Source of the DNA: Gnetum montanum
Lineage: Eukaryota > Plantae > Gnetophyta
Direction of reading: 5' to 3'
Length of the DNA stretch: 64,000 nt
Assembly (NCBI GenBank): GCA_015680685.1
Contig: MNCI01003240.1
Location: 494,462 to 558,461 of the forward strand
The notes under the pieces are model-generated. The model was not told where the DNA came from and did no database searches. It saw only the letters and a list, made by a program, of their open reading frames with translations. This document shows positions 55,482 to 64,000 of this stretch, one piece after another; within the stretch, counting starts at the first letter, position 1, and the number at the start of each line of letters is the position of its first letter. The position numbers and the translations under genes are program-made.

Positions 55482-57739
55482 TGTTGATGTGTAAATTTTG
55501 GACACACCAACACTAGGGTAAACAACTCGTTTGAGGAGACTATTGCCTAGGATGCCTCCCATATGGATGTGTAAACCTAAGAATAGTCTCAGTTGGAGAG
55601 GACTATGTGACATTTTAACAAAATAAATTAAATAGAAAAATTAAGGGAACTTGAGTAACTATCTTGAATTTCTAAACTAAATGAAAATATAGTAAATTGA
55701 AATTTTTCCCTAGCCTCCTACTACCATTGGTTTGTTGTCACACTGGTGGTACCCACTACGAGGTAGGAAGACCAAAATAGCTTCTAGAGAGGAAGACTTA
55801 TCACACACTGCCATTGTTCCATGCAGGGTACTATCCAGAGCTACTGCTATCATTCTCACTAACTACCAAGTGCATTGCTACCAAAAGAGAGATATAGATC
55901 AGGCTCACTATGGGAATGCACTACCACCCCTTGTCCATCATGACTACATGTTGCTACTACTACCAGGAGACTATTGTCACCATGCACTATTTGTGCACCA
56001 TTGCTACCATAAACTAGTATGCACACATGCCTGTCTATCATTAAAGAGGAACACATTATTTGTCAACTACTATCAGCAAACCACTATAGTGAGAAATGCT
56101 ATCACGTCATTGCCTTCTATGACATGCCCACTGCTAAATGCCACCACTACCTCAGTAGCTCACATACCTATCACTTGCTACTGCTAGTGTCTATGCCACT
56201 ATTTGTGGTTTCCACATACTATTATTTTATCTACCTTCTAATAGCACACATGTGTGTCATCTACTATGCATTGTTGCCAATGTGCACTCTAAAGATCCTA
56301 CACCTACCATCTATAAAATGTCACAAAGCTAGAGAAGGATAATCCTAATAAGAGAGAGGAGAGGGAATAACCCTACTATGGCAATGCACTGCCATGTATG
56401 CCATCATCTACTACCATGTGTTGTGTACGTGCTCCTACCACCACTTACATGCCTCATCGTTTGCATGCATACTATTCTACTACCAGCTCCTACTAATGTC
56501 TTGGCATCACTTGCCACATGTTCTGCTACCTAGGGAGAGAGAGGAGGCTACCTACTGTAGTGCAAAAAAGAAAAGAAATCATTTTCTATTTGTTTCCTGG
56601 CTGGCCGTGCTCCCTTCTTCCCTCTTTTTTGCTCATTACACTCTACCTTTTATAACTATTCATCTGGTAGTTTAAATGTTCATTTCCCATGTTGGTTATG
56701 ACCACTACATCTTGTAACATCTCTAATGACTGCTTGTAACTCCTCACATTCACCACATCCACTGTCAATGGTTGCCACCATCCCATGTCTCTACTACAAC
56801 TTGCCTACAATGCCCATGTCCACAATGTTGAATAGAAGCCTGGTACCCTCTGGAATGTTGAATCCATCCACTTTGATTGATTTGAGGCATTGGTGAGTTA
56901 GCACCATGGTTCCAAGTGGATGTAAGCATATATTTTTCTTGATAACATAGTGCAAGTATTTCATGTTTTCCATGGACCTTCCATCTAGATAGTTTTTCCC
57001 TTTGCCTTGCTTGGCCACCACCCTTTGAAATCTTAGCAGAGCTTGTCCATGATGTGGGGATATTTTTACCAATTCACTGATTACCCATTCTAATGCTATT
57101 TTATTTGTTTTTGTGATAGCACCAATCATGTTCTACATCTCAACCACATTTTACTTACACATTATTTGATACAAGTGTTCATGCTTTTTAGGAATGGTAA
57201 TACTCAACCTCTTTCAAAGGAGACTTTTGAAATAAAGTATATGTATCTACAAAACATATTAATAGACAAAATATTAATGTATCATATTTGATGTATTTAA
57301 ATGGTAGGATTAATATTTGCATGAAGAGATGTTATTCTTCAATTTTTAGGATTAGACATTTTAAATGCAGATAGAATGTAATAATTTTTTTAAAATTTAT
57401 ATTCATAAGCTTTTGTTTATGCTGGTTATAATATGTATATGTTAAAATAAATTAAAATATTTTCATTTCATTATACCTTATTACATATGATAGTTTAAAG
57501 TTTATTAAAATCCATGGAAGATCTTTGTTACTGAGCTCTAAGAGTGGTTATCCAAGATTTCCTTTCAAGCTTGTATTAGGCTTAATTTCATATAATGGGA
57601 TGGGCTACATGATAAAGCTCATTTCTATCAAGTATTTTGGTAAGTTAGACTTTATCAAAATAATAAGCTTTGGAAAAGTTCTATATTTAAAATTATTAAT
57701 CATGGCCCCATTCCTAGCATGGACAAGTTGGCATCAACA
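55482..57739 (-). repeat. 3' LTR of element D (2258 bp)
   Basis: TGTTGATG...CATCAACA termini; aligns with 62546-64000; TATAAAAGG on the minus strand at ~56646-56654. Confidence 0.88.
56794..57132 (-). pseudogene. Cytochrome P450 (CYP71-clan-like) exon fragment inside the LTR
   Basis: tag|NMIGA...LEWVISELVK...MKYLHYVIKKNICLHPLG...DGFNIPEGTRLLFN spans the I helix to the K helix region. It stops before the PERF and heme motifs. Confidence 0.9.
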
Positions 57740-59089
57740 CTTAGCCCCCAAAATTTAGTTACATGCAAGTGTAAGGATAGAAGAACCATAGAAATTTTAA
57801 AATGATGGAAGAATATGTAAAATATAAAGAATCAAAAAGGATCATAGAATAAGGATAAAATGAAATTGGGAGTAAACTATAATGTTTTTTAAAAATTATT
57901 AGAATAATCATGCAATCAAAAGGGCACTAAACATGAGTCACCCTAATCACACCACCTTGTTTAATCAAGATGTAAATATATAATTCATAATTTTAACTAC
58001 ATATATATACATATAATTAAGATCTCATTCCCAATCTTCTCAAAAGGTAGAAGTAAAAGGCATGTGGACTACTTTGAGCACAAAACTTATGCCAAATTTA
58101 ATGAGGACAAGCTTAAGTTGAATCGTAGCTAGTCGTAACTTTTAAAGTTTTCCTTGGGACTCGTTTTTGACATTAAGAAAGGGAATGGGTGAAAAGGAAT
58201 TATTTGCTTTTTTTTTGAATTTTTGGAAAATAGGTTTAAAAGGAGAAATGGAAGTTAGGGTAAGGATCAATACGAAACCCCATCACACTCAAGAACTTAA
58301 TACACTACCAATGAACATGGTCCTCATTCTTTTTTTTAATCTTTTTTTAAAGAAACTTTGCTTATGTTGTACTTCATTATTAAGGTAGGAATTCCAACAT
58401 GAGTCTAGCTAATTAGCTACACTACCAAAGAAAACAATCCTTTCAAAACTTTTCCCATGGTGCAGTTTAACCCTTTTGCATGTGCCTTTTAATTAGAATC
58501 TAGATGGCATCATAGTAGGTCTCTTGGGTAGCTAAGAGTTCTCAAGCTAAGATAAACACACTTCACCTTGTTGCTCACAGGATAGCCATGGATCATCACA
58601 CTTGAGGGATAGGACTTAGGAGAGGCAAAATGACATTTTCCAAGGTCACCTAGTGATTGTGGCTAACCATTCTTCAATGTCACATATCCTACACTCACAT
58701 GATCATGATGATTACATGATAAGTTAGCATAAATCCAATCCTCCATAATCTAACTTAACTAATCAAACTAAAACCTTGAAAAATATTGGGAAGAATCATG
58801 GCATTATTGAAATATATCATATAAAGCATATTATAGTACTAGGATATATCATATAAACCATTATTTTTGAATGGTGTTATCATGACCCAATGCCTAGTAA
58901 CTAAAAATATCATAATGATTACTAAAATCATATGAAAAGCACAAATCAAACCAAAGTCATTATGCTAAGAAAGAAATGAGAGAAATGCAAAGAAAATATG
59001 CAAATGCAACTATATACAAATGAAATGCATGAAGAATGGAAAGAAAACATGCAAATAAGGATCTATTAGGTGTCCATGTGGGGCACCTA

Positions 59090-61830
59090 AGTAGAGATGC
59101 TTTAGATGAATATATCCTCAAAAATTAGCAATTTTGTAAACATTGGAGCCAATGACATTTGTAATTTGGAATGGACTTGACCACATAGGAGAGAACTTAT
59201 TTTGAGGATCTATTTAACCATATGCTCTATCTCTCTTAAGGACTAAATCTTCTATTTTAAAAACTTTATCTACATAGCTCTTATCAAACCACCTTTTAAC
59301 AATTTGTTGATGATCAAGATTACAAAAATTGATACACAGCCATAATTCACTTATTCATTTTCTATTATGAACTCAATTTAAATGTTTCATAAGATAAATA
59401 ATTTTAGATTCTAAAAGTTCATCAAGTTCTTCTTTCATCCAAGTTTTAATCTTAAGTCTAACAGGTCAAAGTTTTTGTAAGTCATTGAATACAACTTTTC
59501 TATGAACATGTTCAATGGATATGTCATCAAAATTTTGCACACCTTCTAATGTTTTTAAGGATAGGATCTCATTTATGTATTTTTCCTATCCTAAAGGCAG
59601 TGGTTGACTTGGAAGAAATCCCTTTCCATGATATTGATGATAAGGCAAGGTATCTTCATAGATTTTGTTACCTTCTCTAGAAGTTTGATAGGGTTGGGTG
59701 GAATCTATATGAGAAAAGGATTTATTCTTGTAATTTCACTCACATGGTCATTAATAACTTGTATTCCACACTCAACGTTAATAACTCTAATATACAGATC
59801 ACTATTCTAATTTTCCAAAGATTAATTTTATTGATTAGAGGTTGTAAGTACTTGTTTGTAGAAAGGCTAAATTGGTATGACCATATATTCAGATTTTCCT
59901 TTGATAGGGATTCATAGTTCTAAGAAATTTGAACTCAAGATGCTGGCTCTAAAAGTCCTAGATAAGAGCACATCATAAGTGGATGACATGTCAAGTACTA
60001 AGATATTTGTGTAACATGTAAATATAGGGTATTTTTTAAGTTTAACTTTCACTTCTTTTAATGACCCAACTATAGGTATGTTAGATCCATTGAGTTGAAT
60101 CACACTTTTTTTTTTGGTATAATTTGTGCTCCTAACATGTTACATACCTCAAGTGGCATGACACTAATAGTTATATTAGAATCCTTCAAACACTTATGGA
60201 TATTCTTTCCTAAAATAATCAAAGCTGTCAAGAAAGAAGGTTGATCTTTCTTACTTGACATGGAATTATTTGTGTTTTGTATTGGTAATGCATTAGGACG
60301 TTTTGTGAAGTGAACTTGCCTTTTGGGACTTGGGGATCTTTCTTTAGTGGTTGTAGGCCTATCAACTATCTTTTGGATCATATATTTCATTTCATTAAAT
60401 TGTAAAATGTCATACATTAATATGTTGGCTTTAATTTTCTTCAAATCCTCAACTAGATCATAAGTCTTATGTTCATGTTTGGCTTCTTATTGAGGTGGAG
60501 TTCTTCTAAGTATAGAAGGGGTATTTTGTTTTTGTGGATCATTTGTTTGGGATGACCAAATTTGAGTATTTATGTTGTTTTGACTAAGAACTCTTCTGTT
60601 TGGAGGAGTATAAAGATCATTACTATTTTGTTGTTGTGTGTTATTCATAATGTCATTAATTCTATGGTAGTGATTGTTATGTGCGTTGGGGCACTTACCA
60701 TAACTTGTTCTATTGAGGAAACCTCTTCATTTTCTATTTCATGAGGTACATTAAGAACCATAACAAGGGTTTTCCCATTTTGTTAACTCTAGGAATTGTC
60801 ACTATATAGAGCTAAAAATTGGGAACACATTTTCTCAAAATGTTGCCTCATGTTATGGAGATGACAATAGTCATCATTGATTGATGTACTTGGCTTTTTA
60901 GATTGTATAGGACACTTATTGTTATTACACTTTAATTCAACTATTTCATTTGAAAGGTTTTGAAGTGAAGCTAATATTTGGGTCATCTAGTTTTGAGTTT
61001 GAGTTAGGGGTTCAACATGATTAGATATCCCATTTGGATTTATGATGGATTGAAATAGGGCCTTTGATTGGTGATCATTCAAACCAATGTTATATGGTAG
61101 AAATGAAGAAGATGTTGAACTTTGAAAATGATTGTTTAAAGGTTGAGTTAGTTGAAGGGGAGTGGGAGTTTTAATCATAGTATTAGTCATTGGGAAAGTT
61201 GCTAAAGCTAGGGGACTAGATTGCATAGGGTTACTAATGCTCATCATCCTGAATTGAATTTGAATGCTATTCATAAGGGTAATTTGTTCTAACTTGACAT
61301 ATTTAGCCATTACTCTTTATATTTCTATTATGTTGGGATCAAATTTCATGGCATTGGAAAAGAATGGGTCAATGATGAACAAGTAAAAGTTGAAGATGCC
61401 ACCAGGTTGTGGATGCATCTCACTGCACACATAAGCAAGTTGATGGAGAAATCTTAGGTTGTAATCTTGAACGTTTTCCCAAGGTATTTTTCTTAAGCTT
61501 GTGAAGTTGCTTGATGCTATGGCTAGGCTAGTAAACTTGTCAAACTAAATTTTTGAATTCTTGCCATGAGTTGATGGAGGCATTAGCAAGCATCAAAAAC
61601 CATTGGATGGCTTTGCTCCTAAAATTTTTCATAAACACCCTACATCCTATGTCATTTTGTACAATGTTATGGATCCCTAGTAAGGTCTTGATACATTTTA
61701 TATGTTGGTGAGCATGACTAGTAGGGTTTTTGGTATCGTAGAACAATTTTATGTTTTGGAGTAATTTTGGTATGTGAAAGTTAAGGAATTTTCCTACCAA
61801 GGGACCCAGGGGTTGATTGGTTGCCATCCT
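59090..61830 (-). pseudogene. gag, protease and integrase C-terminus of element D
   Basis: gag CRVF...KAIQWF...SINSW; protease CLKDS..ISVMP; integrase tail QQIVKRWFDK...DLVLK and KFSPMWSSPFQI (GPF motif). No room for RT, RNaseH or the integrase core. Confidence 0.85.
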
Positions 61831-62545
61831 AGTCTAAGTTCTCCTAGGCATAGAACTTAGAAAATGTGAAGCTCATTGTTTCCTTAATGTAAAGTGATAG
61901 GTAGCTGGTTAGTTAGGGGTAGAGTTAAATGATTCTTGTTGGGAGGGTTCACTTATAAATAAGAATCGCAGAATATAAATGATAAAATAAGGCTATAAAA
62001 TTAAGTAAAAGGAAAAAAATAATATTGAAATAATAATATTTTTTAAAAAAAAACACTGAAACATGATATATAATTTTTTAAAAAAATAAATAAATGCATG
62101 AAATTGCAATATTTATAAAAATTAAGTGGAAAATAGTTAAGTGAAAAATTTCATAAACATATATTTTAAAAATGAATTATTAATAAAACCACCTTACCAA
62201 AGTTAGGACTTAGGTAAGGACTATGAAAACACAAATCTAAAAATGGGACTAAGAAAATGAGGGTTTAAAAATTTGAAAATAGGATTAAAGGTGGGTGATG
62301 AGACTTTGGCAAGCAAAATTCTAGAAAATAGACTTTTGGAATCAGAAAAGAAAAGGGCTCAAAAATTCTTAGAAAATAAAGAAAAAGATATTTTTTAAAA
62401 TTAGGGCTTAAAACAAGGATTTTAGCGAAAAAAATAAGTGTTGAAATTATTTCAGGAAACAAGTTAGGAACAAGAAAGATGACAAGAAAACTTGATATGG
62501 AAAAAAAAGGCTAGAAAATTAGCCCTCCTTCTAGTGCCAAAAAGG

Positions 62546-64000
62546 TATTGATGCATAAATTTTGATTGCACCAACACTAGGGAAAAAAACTCATTTGAGG
62601 AGACTATTGCCTAGGGCACCTCCTGTATGGGTACGAAAACCTGAGAATAGTCCCAACTAGATAGGGTATGTAACATTTCAACAAAATAAATGGAAAAATT
62701 ATGGAAATTTGAGTAACTATCTTGAATTTTTAACTAAATGAAAATATAGTAAATTTAAATTATTCCCTAGTCTCTTGTTTTTTTTGGTCCATCATCACAT
62801 CAATGGTGCCCACTGCTAAGCAGGAATACCTTGACTACCATTAGAGAGGGAGACATGCCACAAGTTACTACCATCCCATGCAAGGTACTATCTATAGTTG
62901 CCACTACTATTCATTCTCACTTCTAAGTGTGTTTCCACTAAGAGGGATGGAGGTCAGGCCCAATATTAGGATGCACTACAATCCCTCACCTACAATGACC
63001 ACATGTTGTTGCTACTACTAGGAGACTATTGTCATTGCATATCATTTGTGCACCATTGCTACCATGCACCAGTTTGCATGCATGCCTTCTTGTCATCAAA
63101 GAGGGATGGATTATTCGCCAACTATTGTCAACTGACCATTTTTATGAAATGAGAGGCTATTGCATCATTACTGTCTATCACATGCCCACTGCTAACTACC
63201 ACTACTACCTTGGGAACTCATCTACTTATCACATGCTACCTAGGGAGGTTTCCAACTAACAGCAATTTCTACATTGGCATCTATAGTTTCCATGTGCCAT
63301 TATTCCATTTACCTTCTAATAGCATGCTTGTTGCACACACGTGCCATCTACCATGTGTTGCTATTGGAACACACTCTAGAAAGCTTGTGCCTACTGTCTT
63401 TGCAATGTTATTTGATTAGAGAAGAAATGTCAATGAGAGAGAGAGAGGAGAGAGAACAACCCTATTGTCACAACATGTTGCCACATACGTGGCTATCTAT
63501 CATTGTGCACTTTCTACCACCACTTGTGTCCCTATCCATTTGTGTTCTTGTTGCACTATTTCTAGCTCCTATTGATACCTTGACATCACCTACCATATGT
63601 GTTGCTACCCAGGGAGAGAGACAAGGCTACCTATTGTAGCATGAAGAAAAAAAAGAAAACTATTATTTATTGATTTCTTGGTTGGCCCCACTCCCCTCTT
63701 CCCTCCCTACCACTCACCATACTCTACCTTTTATAGCCATCCATCTAGTGGTTTAAATGTCCACATCTCTCATTGATTATGCTCACTATGTCATATAACA
63801 TCCCTAATGATCACTTATAACTCCTCATGTTCACCATGTCCACCGTTAGTCGTTACCACCATCCCACATCTTTGCTGCAACTTTCCTGCAACACCCACAT
63901 CTACCACATTGAATAGAAGCTCAGTACCCTCTGAAATGTTGAATCCATCCATTATGAATAATTTGAGGTATTGGTGAGGTAGCACCATGGTTCCAGGTGG
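62546..64000 (-). repeat. 5' LTR of element D (partial)
   Basis: Direct repeat of 55482-~56920, adjacent to the PBS. Confidence 0.9.
63875..64000 (-). pseudogene. Second copy of the P450 fragment, in the 5' LTR of D
   Basis: PPGTMVLPHQYLK...DGFNISEGTELLFNV, at the same position in the LTR as the first copy. Confidence 0.88.

Larger units (their letters stand above)
55482..64000 (-). mobile_element. Element D: internally deleted non-chromovirus Ty3/gypsy with P450-bearing LTRs
   Basis: 3' LTR 55482-57739, PPT TTTTGGGGGC next to it, tRNA-Asn PBS TGGCACTAGAAGGAGGGC at 62522-62539, and 5' LTR from 62546 to beyond the window. Confidence 0.9.

Noticed and set aside
55732-56675. His/Cys-rich plus-strand ORFs, also at 63029-63639
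   Set aside because: Antisense LTR sequence made of decayed triplet-like repeats; the frames are not conserved between the two LTRs.
56794-64000. Tandemly duplicated P450 gene pair
   Set aside because: Both copies are truncated before PERF/heme and lie inside a repeat with LTR termini, PBS and PPT.

Overview
AT-rich, heavily C-to-T decayed plant nuclear DNA. A large, strongly methylated genome such as a gymnosperm is my inference; the species cannot be read from the sequence. I found no intact host gene. The window is a stack of nested Ty3/gypsy LTR retrotransposons. (1) Four members of one Tat/Ogre-like family share LTRs starting TGAAA(C)ACC, and the three with a visible 5' end have a tRNA-Asn PBS. 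They are nested in alternating orientation: F(+) > A(-) > B(+) > C(-). B and C encode gag-protease but no RT/RNaseH/integrase. B and F share an extra decayed hydrophobic ORF and subfamily-specific motif arrays. (2) An Athila element (E, 30143-40087). (3) Two decayed chromoviruses (G, H) and a solo LTR. (4) A second tRNA-Asn-primed element (D) whose two LTRs both carry a captured cytochrome P450 exon fragment. Two host-gene relics missed by the ORF track were read by hand: an intronless CCR4-type deadenylase pseudogene (52686-53990) and an internally deleted NYN endoribonuclease fragment (1679-1977). Protein family calls rest on recalled motifs, not database searches.
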